Assembly: GCF_004010195.1 (NCBI RefSeq)
Contig: NC_057751.1
Span: 296,979-360,978 of the forward strand
Length of the DNA: 64,000 bases
DNA from: Chiloscyllium plagiosum
Taxonomy: Eukaryota
Direction: 5' to 3'
Part shown: positions 1 to 12,489 of the stretch, piece after piece
Numbering within the stretch: the first letter of the stretch is position 1
Layout of the letters: every line of letters begins with the position of its first letter
The notes under the pieces: model-generated
What the model saw: the letters and a program-made list of their open reading frames with translations, nothing else
Databases searched by the model: none
What the model was told of the DNA's origin: nothing
Made by a program: the position numbers and the translations under genes

Positions 1-697
1 TCACATAAAAGAAGGCAACATCTTCCTGCTGCCCTCTCTCTCTCTATTCTCGGCAGTTTCGCCTGCTGCCTGAAAGGGAACCTGGCCTCTTGCTCTCCCC
101 CTCTGGGGTCTCCAGATGGGAAGAGGAGGAGGCCTTTCAGCCCCTCAAACTAGTCAGAGGCAAGCAGCAGAAAGTGGAAAGGGGAAAAGAGAGTGACAAT
201 GGGAAGGGAGAATCTGTGAATGGGGGGGGGAGTGCATGAGGGAAGAATGGGAGGCAGAGGAAATAAGGGGAGGAGTGTGAGCAGCGAGGGAGTGAAAGGA
301 CAGGGAGAGAGATGCAGTGGAGAGAGTGAGGAGGGGCAATTCTGGGGGGTGTTTGAGCCGTCTGGTCACAGTCTCCATTAGCAGGAGTATTCTGAATCTG
401 GATCAGATTCCTGGATCGGGCTGTGTACTGTGGAAGGAATGCATGCAGCATTCCCTGCTGAGAGAAGGAGCACTCAGCCAGAATGGTTGCACTTAACAGC
501 TGAATTTAACCCCTTCACTGGCTTCCCCACTGTGCATCTGAAAGTGGTAAACACCTCCCACTGTGGCCTCTTCAGGAATATTTATTCCACAACGGGACTA
601 TCAGAATGACAGCTGGTGTCATTTGAAAGGAATGAGTGTTTCCTCAAATGGACAGGCATTAACCCTTCTCAGTCCAGAACTCCAGCATCTTGCCTAC

Positions 698-791
698 CAA
701 TGACTGAGGGTGAAATCTGGCTGAAGGGCATCAGAATCTGGAATCTCCACGTTTGTCAAATGCTGGAGCTCATCTCTGCATTGGGACTCTC
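698..791 (-). CDS. SORBS3: Probable SORBS3/vinexin internal exon downstream of SoHo domain (GESQCRDELQHLTNVEIPDSDALQPDFTLSH-W/C)
   Basis: Acceptor ttttgtgtttcag, donor TG|gtaggc. 94 nt, open in phase 1 to phase 2, compatible with the preceding 42-nt exon. No strong homology recognised. Confidence 0.6.
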
Positions 792-1139
792 CTGAAACAC
801 AAAAGGCTGAAATAAAGATGTTGGAAATACAGCATAACATCTAGGAAACTCCTTACCCGGTGCCACCAGGTAAGACCATAAGAAATAGCAACAGAAGGAG
901 GCCATTCAGCCCCTTAAGCTTGCTCTACCATTCAAATAGGATCATGGCTGATCGAACATTCCTCATATCCATTTTCCTGCCCTTTCCTCATAACGCTCAA
1001 TTCGCTGACTTAGCAAGAATTGATTTATCTCCACCTTAAATGTACTCAAGGACTCTGCCTCCACAGCTCTGTGGCAAGCAGCTCCAAAGATTCACAAACC
1101 TCTGAGAGAAGAAACTCTTTGTTGTCTCAGTCTTACCTC

Positions 1140-2440
1140 AAAATACCCAAACAGGATTTACTTGTATTTGGAAAGGCAAGGACTGATTAGGGATAGTCAG
1201 CATGGCTTTGTGCGTGGGAAATCATGTTTCATGATCGTGATTGAGTTTTTTGAAGAATTAACAAAGAGGATTGATGAGGCCAGAGCAGTAGACGTGATCT
1301 ATATGGACTTCAGTAAGATGTTCTACAAGGTTCCCCATGGGAGACTGGTTAGCAAGGCTCGTTTTCATGAAATACAGGGAGAACTAGCCATTTGGATACA
1401 GAACTGGCTCAAAGGTAGAAGACAGAGGGTGGTGGTGGAGGGTTGTTCTTCAGACTGGAGGCCTGTGACAAGTGGAGTGTCACAAGGATCAGTGCTGGGT
1501 TTGCTGCTTTTCGTCATTCATATGTAATGATTTTGATGTAATCATATGACGTCTAATTAGTATATTTGCAGATGACACCAAAATTGAAAGTTCATGGACA
1601 GTGAAGAAGATTACCTCAGAGTACAACAGGATCTTGATCAGATGGGCCAATGGGCTGAGGACTGGCAGATAGAATTTAATTTAGATAAATGTGAGGTGCT
1701 GCATTTTGGAAAAGCAAATCAGAGCAGCATTTATACATTTAATGGGAAAGACCTGGGGAATGTTGCTGAACAAAGATATCTTGGAGTGCAGGTTCATAGT
1801 TTCTTGAAAGTAGAGTTGCAGGTAGGTAGGATAGTGATGATAATGTTTGGTATGCTTTCCTTTATTAGTCAGAACATCGAGTAATGTTTGGTATGCTTTC
1901 CTTTATTAGTCAGAACATCGAGTATAGGAGTTGTGTGGTCATGTTGTGGCTGTACAGGACATTGGTTAGGCCGCTTTTGGAATATTGCTTGCAATTCTGG
2001 TCTCCTTCCTATCGGAAGGATGTTGTTAAACTTGAAAGGGTTCAGAAAAGGTTGATAAGGATGTTGGAGGATTTGAGCTACAGGGAGAGGCTGAATAGGC
2101 TGTGGCTGTTTTCTCTGGAGCGTCAGAGGCTGAGTGGTGACCTTATAGAGATTTATAAAATCATGAGGGGCATAAATAAGATAAATAGACAAAGTCTTTC
2201 TCTGGGGTGGGGGAGTCCGGAACTAGAGAGCATAGGTTTAGGGTAAGAGGGGAAAGATATAAAAGAGACCTACGGGGCAACTTTTTCCACACAGAGGGTG
2301 GTACGTGTATGGAAGTGGTGGAGGCTGGTACAAAGACAGCATTTAAAAAGCATCTGGATGAGTATATGAATAGGAAGGGTTTAGAGGGATATGGGTCATG
2401 TGCTGGCAGATTAGGTTAGGATTGGCAAGGATGGGTTGAA
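1140..2440 (+). mobile_element. CR1/HER1-type LINE, 5'-truncated RT and 3' end, degenerate
   Basis: ORF fragments QHGFVRGKSC, VDVIYMDFSK, GVSQGSVLG, LEYCLQFWSP. Contains a 41-bp tandem duplication (1841-1881 / 1882-1922). Confidence 0.9.
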
Positions 2441-3213
2441 CCAAAGGATCTGTTTCTGTGCTGTAGAGCTTTTGCTTTGTTTCACTGAAGAAGTGAGGCT
2501 GTCTGATGGTGACTGCAAAAGCTCAGTGACCAGTGAGAACACTGGGCACTGTGCCCCACTCTGGCGAGTCTCAAGGGGAACCATCAGCAACTGCATACCA
2601 GTTACATGTTATGGTGATGCCTGTTGATTCAGTATCAGATCACTACCTCAAAGACCTGAAATTCCCTCCCGAACAATACTGTGGCAGTACCTTTGCCACA
2701 AAGCCTGCAAGAACACAACTCGCAGCCTCTTTTACAAAGTGCAATAAGAAACTACAACATTCAGTCCATTCAGCCCATGTTGGAGTTTATCCCAATGTTA
2801 TGGAGGCCAATTCCAGCTGCCCTGGTTTTTCAATGTTCTCAGCTTCATTCAGTTTCTAGCAGTTTATTCTGGGGTGAACAAATCGCTGTGGAATAAATTC
2901 TCACCCAGAACAAAGGAAATTGAACATGAGAACTCCACCAGAACTAAAAAGCCACACAAAAATCATGCAACTCATCACACACGAAGTGCACAAACATAGG
3001 AACACATGGAGACCATTCAGGCTCTCGTCGCTTCAGCCAGTGTGGCCCCTGTCACCCTGACTCCTCACAAACACAAGGAACAGACCACATAACCTCTTTG
3101 TTTCTTGATATCAATCTCCCAAAATGTCTCTCAATGTCAGTCTCGAAGACTGCGCCAAGATTGGTGAGTGGGCAATGGCTGTTCTTGAAGGTAAAAGTTA
3201 ACGAGGAACTTAC

Positions 3214-3255
3214 CGTTTGATTGGTCTGTTACATCATAGGCATCCAATTCATCAT
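3214..3255 (-). CDS. SORBS3: SORBS3 42-nt exon following SoHo core (DDELDAYDVTDQSN)
   Basis: Acceptor gtctgttcacag, donor G|gtaagt, phase 1-1. Acidic DD..D.Y start resembles the short segment after the SoHo core in SORBS2. Confidence 0.75.
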
Positions 3256-3464
3256 CTGTGAACAGACATTCATCGGATCAATCCGACACTTGATTGTGAT
3301 TTCAGCAAAATAACACTTTGAAAAGGGAAGACTTATTCCTCCACTTTCACTTGATTCCCCTTTTCCCGGAATCCATTCCCTCCAGAATCCCCTACCCAGG
3401 AATCCATGGCTTGAGGAATCCACTCTATCCAGAAATACTGGTCACCAATGAAGAAGACTGAGTA

Positions 3465-3755
3465 AAATAAAAGCAAATATTACAGACACTTGGAAATTTG
3501 AAACAAACAGAGAGTATGCTGGAGAAACTCAGCAGGTTTAACAGCATCTGTGCAGAGAGAAACAGAGTGAATGATTTGAGTCCAGTATGACACTTCTTCA
3601 GAAACGAAGGCAAAAATCACATGATACCGGGTTATAGTCCAACAGATTTATTTGAAGGTGCAAGCTTTCGAATAAACCTGTTGGATTATAACCCAGTGTC
3701 ATGTGATTGTTGACTTTGTCCACCCCAGTGTAACACTGGCATCTCCGCATCACAT
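3465..3755. mobile_element. Two adjacent Penelope-like terminal-repeat remnants; the second is an inverted-repeat hairpin (about 3615-3708)
   Basis: The tgctggagaaactcagcagg motif is shared with 29365-29545. Arms cacatgataccgggttatagtccaacagatttatt and aataaacctgttggattataacccagtgtcatgtg are reverse complements. Confidence 0.55.
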
Positions 3756-3939
3756 CTTTTTAAGAAGACACTTCCTTCTGAAGCTCCAGAGTGCATCTCA
3801 ATGGGCAATTCAAGGTTGAAACTCTCTCCAGCCAAACAAGTAACAAAGCCCAGAGTCTAGAGTCAGGTATTCAATGGAGAAAAAAACCTTTGGGACTTTG
3901 CCTTTTCCAGCAGACACTGAGGCCCAGTCGGAGGCATTC

Positions 3940-4280
3940 TGGCCTCTGAGTTAGAAGGCTGTGAGTTTGAACCCCATTGCAGACCTTGGAAATGTCACAC
4001 CAGGCTGGAATTCCCAGTGTCAGTGAGGGAGTACTGTGCTGATTGGATGAGCTGTAAGGCAGAACTCCCATTTTCCTTCATGGATGAATGTCACAGATCC
4101 CATGGCCAAAACTGGAACCAGGGCACTCTGCCTAACCTTTATTTCTGAACCAAGGTCAGGAAAACAAATGATTGGATCAGTCTTCAGAGCTACTTGCTGT
4201 GTGTCATTTCACTGTGAAGCACTTCAGGATGTTCTGAGATAAGGAAGGCTGTTGTCTAAATTGAGTCAATCTTTCAACTT
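3940..4280 (+). mobile_element. Old tRNA-derived SINE, DeuSINE/SacSINE1-like
   Basis: Contains gagggagtactgtgctg...ggatgag...agatcccatggc motifs of the Deu domain. Similar copies at 19680, 28880 and 51880. Confidence 0.55.
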
Positions 4281-4425
4281 CTGGACGACAGCTGCTCCCC
4301 CTGGCCATGTTCTGTGCCCCTTCTCTCATCTTCATCCTCCCCTCCTTACTCACACTCCTTGCCTCTTCACCCTGTCACTCCCAATTCCACCTCCTCCCTC
4401 CCTGCTTGGTCAGTTTCTCAGTTAC

Positions 4426-4489
4426 CTGTGGGTCTGCTGTGAATCTGCTGAAACATCATCCTGTACCAATCCTTTGGCTTGTTTACACT
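4426..4489 (-). CDS. SORBS3: SORBS3 SoHo domain exon (SVNKPKDWYRMMFQQIHSRPT)
   Basis: Acceptor gttttgaacag, donor AG|gtaact, 64 nt, phase 0 to 1. Matches vinexin SVDRPRDWYRRMFQQIH. Confidence 0.95.
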
Positions 4490-4616
4490 CTGTTCAAAAC
4501 ACAAAACACAGCAAGAGTCAGACAGCAAGACCGAGAGAGAGAGAGAGAGAGAATGGGATGCACAGCTCCATCAAACGTGCAGCCTTTCACCCGAGTCCGT
4601 ATCTCCCACATATCCG

Positions 4617-4948
4617 AGAATCCCTACAGTGTGGAAACAGGCCCTTCAGCCCAACAAGTCCACACAGACTCTCCGAATAGTAACCCACCCTGTAACATTC
4701 TCCTTTCCTATTACTCTACCTTTACCCCCCCTGACTAATGCACCTAACCTACACATCCCTGAACACCATGGGCAATTTAGCATGGCCAATTCACCTAACC
4801 TGCACATCTTTGGATTGTGGGAGGAAACTCACACGGACATGGGGAGAATGTGTAAACTCCACACAGACAGTTGCCCGAGGCCAGAATCGAATCTGGGTAC
4901 CTGGCGCTGTGAGGCAGCAGTGCTAACCACTGAGACACCGTGCCGCCC
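4617..4948 (-). mobile_element. HE1-type V-SINE, older subfamily
   Basis: Minus-strand tRNA-like head GGGCGGCACGGTG..CAGTGGTTAGCACTG, V-domain core, CR1-like tail. Confidence 0.9.
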
Positions 4949-5495
4949 CATCTTCATTATCTTTACCATATGGAGGGATCTTGGATTTTGTGAAAGACTT
5001 ACAATCATGATTCACCTTTCATTCAGCATTACTAACAATGTTCAAAGCAAAAACAGGACCATTGTATTTGAATAGAAATCCACTGCAGATCCAAGTGGTT
5101 CAGGGTTTGCAGTCAGCAATGGTTGCAGAAATAGTCTTCTGCTCTCTCTCTGTACAGCTGTGAACTCACATAGGAGATTCCTCCAACAATGAATCAGGAT
5201 AGGTTAGAGTTAAGCCTGAGGGCCTAAAACCCAGATTCTAGGTACTGGGAATGGGCAGACATCTGGAAATCGGGATTGTAAACGTGCCGTAATCCTAGAG
5301 TCTGGGATTCGGCACAGGCAGTAACTGGAAATCTGGTAAGTTTGGATTCAGTGTTTTGACTGCATTACTTCACACTGATTGCTGTAGTGAGCTTGTCCTT
5401 GACTTGCTGATGTTATCTGCTGAAAGTATGAACATCAATGAGGAAGGCAAAGTCACAGTGAGTCAAGAATATTTGGTCACAAAATTCTCACTCAC

Positions 5496-5608
5496 TGATC
5501 TGGAAGCAATAGGCATTCCGACTTCATCCATCGGGCCAGCACCTTCGTACTTTATCCAGATCTTTTCCCGTCGACCTCTGGTTTTATCCTGAGCTGATCC
5601 AGCCTCCA
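5496..5608 (-). CDS. SORBS3: SORBS3 SoHo domain exon (VEAGSAQDKTRGRREKIWIKYEGAGPMDEVGMPIASRS)
   Basis: Acceptor ccctcttgcag, donor A|gtgagt, 113 nt, phase 1 to 0. Matches vinexin RRDKRWVKYEGIGPVDESGMPIAPRS. Confidence 0.95.
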
Positions 5609-5885
5609 CTGCAAGAGGGTTTGGAAGAGCAAGCATTGAGCACAATAACTGCACAAACAGGGCAAACTGTACATAAACAGAGAAAAGCTCATTCTCCACA
5701 TCAAACATTCCCAGAATCAGGGAGACCAGAGGGTTAGATACACAGTCAAGCTTCCTTGACACTGCCCCATCAAATGCTCCAGAGCAGGGACAGCCCAGGC
5801 TTAGTTACAGAATAAAGCTGCCTCTACGTTGTCGAAAGCATTAAGTTTTATGTCCTTCCCTTTGACATGTTAAATGATAACTTAC

Positions 5886-5955
5886 CCCTGGCCTGATCGG
5901 TGGGTGCGACATCTAAACACGCCAAGTGTCCTTCACTTCCATTCATCTCCGGAAC
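5886..5955 (-). CDS. SORBS3: Probable SORBS3 N-terminal exon (VPEMNGSEGHLACLDVAPTDQAR)
   Basis: Long polypyrimidine tract ending ctctgccag, donor G|gtaagt. 70 nt, phase 0 to 1, exactly bridging the flanking exons. Confidence 0.75.
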
Positions 5956-7046
5956 CTGGCAGAGACAGTGGAGGGACACAGTGAGAGAGAAGAGGGGGAG
6001 AGAGGTAAAACAGAGGGAAAAGACAGAGAAGAGGGACCAAAGAAGACAGAGGGGAGGAGATGGGAAAAGAGAGAGAATAGACCGGGTGGGAAGGGAGAGG
6101 AAACAGCGAATGAAATGCACAGTAGTGAGAACACGAAGAGCCACACAGTGAGACAACAAGATTGACAGAGAGAGAATAGAAGTAAGTGGGAAGGAGAAGG
6201 GGGAATGGGGAAGTGAGGATGATACACAAGCAGTAGGAAGTGAAACAAAACGATGTTTGAGAACACGTGAGCCAGACTCAGTGAAGAAGCAACAATGAAT
6301 GAATACACGATCCTGACTTGTCCATCTATCTCCATACCCACAGGTGATTTGCCAGGACTCTGGTCCCAGCAGGATTCGGGTGGAGCCCATCCTACCGTAA
6401 CAGTTCCCTCCTTCCCTACTGGTGCCAATGTCCCATAAATTCAAACCCAATACCCCCACACTGATCTTTACCTCTTGCCATGATCACAATGAATAAAAGG
6501 TCTGAATGGCTATCTTCTATGTTTCTAATTTTAGTAAAAGCTGAGGACACTGTATACTTTATCAATTGCTCTCTCCTCCTGTCCAATTACCTCTAAGGAA
6601 TTATGCACCTATACATGCTCTGCTCCTGCAGCTTCTTTAGAGATGCACTCATTACTTTAGACTCTCAGCATTCCTCTTCCCGAAATCAATCACTTCATGC
6701 TTCTTTGCACTGAATTTCATCTACCATCAGTCTGCCCACTCCAGCACCTTGTCCATATCTTTCAAAGGTTCCCACACTCTCTCCTTCACAGTTCACTAGG
6801 CACGAGGTTTCAAACTTGTGTGCGGTGCACCAAATTGACTCTGTAATAGCCACCAAGGGCAGCAAGGGTCCCAACATCAAATAAAAAGCTTATACCAGTC
6901 CAAACAACAATTGTTCACCACTCGTCTCAGTTTCCTAACACTCGGCTCATTTTGTATCCTTGCTGCAACTGTCCCTCTTTTTCCAGGAGTCAAACTTTTC
7001 TGCAGCTCTGTGACCCTGTGTGGGGACTGTCACTGGGATTCATTAC

Positions 7047-7307
7047 CAGAGCTGGATTGCGTGGTTCAGTCCATCCATTGATGGCTGTTCCTGGAGAAAC
7101 ATGGAGCTCCATCTTCAGTTGATTCAAACGCTGCGAAGTGTCAAAGTCATTGGGTGTGGGAACACTGTCAGAGCTGGAGCAGGGAGGTGTCGCAGCTTCC
7201 ATTGGTGATGGAATCCTCTTCTGGAAAGTTCCACCTGGTTGTTCAGCCAGCTGGACACTTGTGTGTTTGGAAACCAGGAAGATTTTGGGTTGACATACAG
7301 GCCCATC
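7047..7307 (-). CDS. SORBS3: Probable SORBS3 N-terminal 261-nt exon (DGPVCQPK...NGWTEPRNPAL)
   Basis: Acceptor ttgttttctcag, donor CTG|gtaatg. 87 open codons, phase 0-0, repeat-free, Pro/Ser-rich. An in-frame ATG (ccaATGG) lies inside it. Confidence 0.6.
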
Positions 7308-8455
7308 CTGAGAAAACAAGGCTCGTAAGTCAGATAAATGTTGATAAGGATCAGCAACCATGCCTGTATCGGAACCGATGGAAGGAACTTAACAATTGAC
7401 GTATCAAGAACTGCTGACCTTGAATTGAGGCAATGCGACACATTCAGAGGGTTAGTAACTGAGGGAGTACTGCAGTGTTGAAGGGCCAGTACAGAGGGAA
7501 CTGTGCACTTTTGGAAGGCCAGCACTGATTGCTGCACTGTTCTAGGACTGAATGGTCCATCTGTCAGTTTGTTGAAGGGTTCAGAAGAAGTTTAAATAGA
7601 AAGGAATCATCCTGTACATAGAGATCCCATGGGATTGTTTGGGATAGAGAGATTGCAAGGAATTGGGTGCCAGGGAGAACCCAGGAAAAGATGATGGCTG
7701 ATCTGAAGAATGAAGGTCAGAGATCCCAGATTGGTTTGTAGACAGTGTGTGGGACAGTGGCATGATTAAAAGATGAGATAAATGAACAAGTTGTTCAGGT
7801 TGTGTTTTCATAGGCTGCCGATAGAATGTGATTGAGAAGGAATCGAGTTCCACAGGATGAGACATCGAAAGGAGACGTGGCAGAGAGTGCAAATTCCAAC
7901 AGCTGGTAAATGACAGGAGGAAGAAGAGTTTGTTGATGGAACATCAAACCAATAATAGAGCAAAGTTCACAACACAGAATGAATCCAAAAGATAGAAAAA
8001 AGCTGCTGTACTGTCAGAGATCAAAGCTCTTTCCCAGGGACTAAGGTATACATGTGTACTGAGGAAACAGGTCAGTTAGAGATGCACATACGTGTCAAGA
8101 GATCTGGTCCATCGAGTGACAAACCTGTCGAAAAACTACAAAGTGTCAGGAACTCTTGAGAAACTACACAGTGTCAGTGTGGGGTGCATCCACGCACTCT
8201 CCAAGTTGTGAATTAAACAGCAAACACAGCACTTCCTGCACTCGGGAATCTGTGCCAGCAGATATCAACAGTCAATCTGGCTGGGACAGGAAGTGACAAT
8301 ATTCAACACTCAAACTGGAGGCAATGAACACAAAGTCTTCTGCCTGTCAGCATGAAGTAATAGTGGTTAATAGCTTCACAAGCCTCAGGAATAAGATACT
8401 ACTACCTGTGACTCCATTCTGGAAGCTGTGGGGAACGTTTGCTTCAGTTCCATAC

Positions 8456-8474
8456 CTTGGCTTTCTTTACGGAT
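8456..8474 (-). CDS. SORBS3: Candidate 19-nt SORBS3 microexon (SVKKAK)
   Basis: Strong acceptor tgtttctctgtacag and donor AAG|gtatgg. Phase 2 to 0 fits the 261-nt exon. Confidence 0.4.
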
Positions 8475-9224
8475 CTGTACAGAGAAACATTGAAAGGGTA
8501 AATAAGAAAACATAACAGCCAGTTGAGGGCCACACATTCCTTTCTCCAAACCCAGCACCAAGACATAAGGAATGACACAGACTACAAAAAACACAAGCAC
8601 CCAGTAAAGGCATTCTCAGCATCCAGAAAGTCCCACTGTCCAGCCACTCTGCAAGTAGATAATTCCAAGATCACTCCAGCCCACATGGTCATTGAGTAAA
8701 CAAGGCTGCTCATCAATACAACTGATGTTGTTCCCTGTAACACAATGTCTGGCTTCAGTGTCATGGTAACAGATGCTTCGGTGCCACACTGACTGACTTA
8801 CTAGTGTCACACCAGAGCACACAACAGGAGCTGGATGCATGCAGGTGCTCCAATGTAAAGACTGCTCAGAGTGTCAGCGTTCCCTGTCTGCACACAGCCC
8901 ATTAGCAGGCTATGAATCCACACAAAGCCAGCTCACACACACACACAAGACAACATAAATGTTGTGAGAGACATGCTGGGTCTTGCTGTTAGTCCAGTTA
9001 AGCACTAGAACCAGAATATATTTAGGAGCCTCAAAACAGGAGCAGAAGTGAACATCAAAACAGTCTACCAGCCCAGGTTTCTCACTCCCTATGATCAGGG
9101 AGTTAACAATGGATATGCTAGAAATCTCAGGACAGCAAACGGTCAGATAGCAATGTAACAGAGTGTAGGAAAATCCATCCCAATCACTTGCCCATGAGTG
9201 CACAGGAACACAGACACTGATCAT

Positions 9225-9720
9225 AGGACCATAAGATATAAGAGCAGACATTAGGCCATTCAGCCCATCGGGTCTGCTTCACCATTTAATTAAGGCTGAT
9301 AAGTTTTTCAACCCTGTTCTCCCACTTTCTCCCTGTAACCCTTGATCCCCTAGATTCTCAAGAACCTATATATCTCTGGCCTCTTACATATACTCAATGA
9401 CCTGGCCTCCACAGCCTTCTGTGGCAATGAATTCCATAGATTCCCCACTCTCTGGCTGAAGAAGTTTCTCTGCATCTCCGATCTAAAAGCTCTTCCCCTT
9501 ATTCGAAGGCTGTGTCCTCGGGTCCTAGTCTCTTCTACCACTGGAAACATCTTCCCAACGTCCACTTCGTCCAGGCCATTCAGTATTCTGTAGGTTTCAA
9601 TTGGACGCCACCTCATCCTTCTTAACTCCATCGAGTATAGGTCCAGAGTCCTCAAACCTTCCTCATATGTCAAGCATTTCATTCCTGGAACTATTATTGT
9701 GAACCTTCTCTGAACACGCT
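9225..9720 (-). mobile_element. CR1 LINE 3' fragment
   Basis: ORF text ERVQRRFT...TRGHSLRIRG...RNFFSQRVGNLWNSLP. Confidence 0.9.
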
Positions 9721-9799
9721 CCTGTACTCTCACACACCCACACAGACAGACAGACATACACGGAGGCATTTAGGTCTATATGCACAGACAAACAGCACA

Positions 9800-11250
9800 C
9801 CTGCGTATTCAAAGGTAGCAAGTATCACTCCACTATTTAAGAAGGAATGAGAGAGAAAACATGGAGCTACAGACTTGCTATCTTTCATCAGTCAGAGTGA
9901 AAATGTCAGAATCTATAAAAAAGGATGGTGCGAACAGGCAATTATACAACAATGATCAGGTTGATTGTCAGCATAGATTTGTGAATAGAAAATCATGTTT
10001 AATGAACTTAGAGGATTGGGACAGACTCAGTGAATGAGCAGAAACATGGCAGATGGAATATAACGAATGTGAAGTTACCCACTTTGGCTGCAGAGTGTAG
10101 ATGTTGGACTCGGTGTCCTTATTAAGTCACTGAAGGCTAATAAGCAGGAACAGCAAATTATTAAAAAGATTAGATTAGATTACTTACAGTGTGGAAACAG
10201 GCCCTTCGGCCCAACAAGTCCACACCGCCCCGCCAAAGCGCAACCCACCCATACCCCTACATTTACCCCTTACCTAACACTACGGGCAATTTAGCATGGC
10301 CAATTCACCTGACCTGCACATCTTTGGACTGTGGGAGGAAACCGGAGCACCCGGAGGAAACCCATGCAGACACGGGGAGAACGTGCAAATTCCACACAGT
10401 CAGTCGCCTGAGGCGGGAATTGAACCCATGTCTCTGGCGCTGTGAGGCAGCAGTGCTGACCACTATGCCACCATGCCGCCCACCAAGAAGCCTATTAGAA
10501 AGTTGACTTTAATTCTGAGAGGATTTGAGGACAGCAGTGCTGAGGTCTTGCTTTAATTGGATATGAGCTTGGTTAGGCCACACCAGGAGTATTTTGTGCA
10601 GCTGGTTTCTTTACCTCAGGAAAATATTATTGCCAGCATGAGGTTTGGGACTAGCCAGATACCTTACAGTCTTATCCACTGATGGGCAGGCTACAATTGG
10701 AGATAGAGACTGGTAGTTTGGTCCAACAGTAAAGTGGCATTTTCAAACAGTCTGAGCTGACCTCCCATGGCCAGTAATATGAAGTGCATAATTTTGAATC
10801 CATTTCTGGTTCACCAGACTTATTCCCAGGATGGTGGAACTGTTCCATGAAGAGAGACTTGGTGGACAAAATGGATCTGTATTCTGTAGAGTTCTGAAGA
10901 ACGCGAGCTGATCTCATTGAAAGTTACAAATACGCGAAGTGGTAATTACATAAGGTAGAGGCAACTCAGATGTTTCCTTGGTTGGGGGAATCTAGAACTA
11001 GGGGGACCATTTAAAACTAAGGGAAAACCATGTTGGGCTGAGATGAGGAGACATTATTTTACTCAGAGGGTTGTGACACTTTGGAATTCTCAACCTCAGA
11101 GGACTGTTGAGTATGTTTAACGCACAGATTGATAGGTTTCTGATTACCAATAGTGTTCAGAGCTATGTGGATGGGGGAGTAAAAGGCATGGAAGTTTGCA
11201 GTCTGTCACGAATTGAATGGTGGGGCAGACTGAATGGCCTATTCCTGGTC
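9800..11250 (+). mobile_element. Degenerate CR1 LINE interrupted by an HE1 SINE and a 170-bp inverted local copy
   Basis: Colinear with the CR1 copy at 18740-19630 on both sides of the two insertions. Confidence 0.8.
10167..10481 (-). mobile_element. HE1-type V-SINE, young full-length copy
   Basis: (GATTA)n tail and tRNA-like head; near-identical to the copies at 50466 and 60127. Confidence 0.95.
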
Positions 11251-11269
11251 CTGTCCCCCCCAAAGATAC

Positions 11270-11368
11270 CTTCTTTCCTGAAGAAGGGCTCATGCCCAAA
11301 ACGTCGATTCTCCTACTCCTTGGATGCTGCCTGACCTGCTGCGCTTTTCCAGCAACACATTTTCAGCT
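11270..11368 (+). mobile_element. PLE terminal-repeat mini-insertion with mutated hammerhead core
   Basis: CTGAAGA-AGGGC-TCAT-GCCC-AAAACGTC (G12 mutated to A). 13-bp TSD cccccaaagatac at 11257-11269 and 11369-11381. Confidence 0.8.
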
Positions 11369-12246
11369 CCCCCAAAGATACACATGCACTCTCTCCTCAG
11401 ATTCTTTAGATTTTTCTGTCACTTTAATACCGGAACAGAAAAGTGTCCTTCAGTCACCATGGTGATAATCTATAGCCACAATAAACTGTGGTTATTGTGA
11501 TTAATAAGTGGTAAGTGATTTCAGGAGCTGCGACCATTATCAGAAGGACCAGATTTGTTCAGTGCAAGCCCAGCCCAGTGTACACACTTGTCTGTTGAAA
11601 TTCAAGGAAATATTGCCACTCAAAACCCAGAACTCATGATGAGTCATCAGAGATCACGAAAAGTATGAAATCAAAATGTGATCCTGATATTTTTGGGGCA
11701 ATTCCACCACGGTTACTCTTTAAAGGACAAATCATCTTTGCAGATTACAATCATTTGAAAACAGGTCAGCCCTGTGGTGACCTTAATGAATAGAGTGAGC
11801 ACTGAGGGGAACTGACAGAGACATTAAGATTTGTGGTGATTATGAGGATTGGGATGAACTACATCAGGACTGAGGTTATTTTTACTTTGCTGCACTGAAA
11901 GAATTTTATAACTAAATTACTTACTCAGTGCAATTATTGACTTTCTGACTGACTGAACATACAATTGAACATACAATTATCACTGACTGAACGTAGTAAT
12001 AAATTCAGTTGCTGCCTCAATTTAATCATTAATCTCTTTCCAATTTCTTTGCAACAGGATTCGAAACATCCATTTACTGCTTGGTGAAAATCATAGAGTT
12101 ATTCAGAGCAACTGGTGATGAATAAAGTGCTTCAGATGATAAATTAATAACCAAAATAGTGTTGAAATTGATTCAAATTATGCATTTCATATTACTGGCC
12201 AAAGGACATCAGCACAGATTATTTGAAAAGGTCACTTTATTACTGG

Positions 12247-12334
12247 GTAAAAACTAGGTAAAAACCCGAAACGTCGATTTTCCTGCTCCTCGAATGCTGC
12301 CTGAACTGCTGTACTTTTCCAGCACCACTCTACT
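12247..12334 (+). mobile_element. PLE terminal-repeat mini-insertion (partial hammerhead)
   Basis: cccgaaacgtcgattttcctgctcctcg... with a 15-bp TSD tcactttattactgg at 12232-12246 and 12335-12349. Confidence 0.8.
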
Positions 12335-12489
12335 TCACTTTATTACTGGACCAAACAACTTAGGCTCTATCTCCAATTGTAACCTGCCCATCTATGGATA
12401 AGACTGTAAGGTATCTGGCTTCCACTAAACTCCATGATACTCTTTGACGATGGCATATGATGCATACTGGAATAATAATTACAACAGAA

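Noticed and set aside
1..451. Possible further SORBS3 exon (104-aa minus-strand ORF)
   Set aside because: Largely a CT-rich low-complexity tract; no phase-2 exon with recognisable SORBS motifs could be built.
5660..5835. Two to three copies of a ~65-bp unit between SORBS3 exons
   Set aside because: Looks like a degenerate intronic tandem repeat (ggttagatacac/ag...aagct...ctgccccatcaaa); no coding or structural signal.
10189..10506. Recurrent ~100-aa ORF MWKQALRPNK... (also at 50492 and 60168)
   Set aside because: Antisense translation of HE1 SINE copies, not a gene family.
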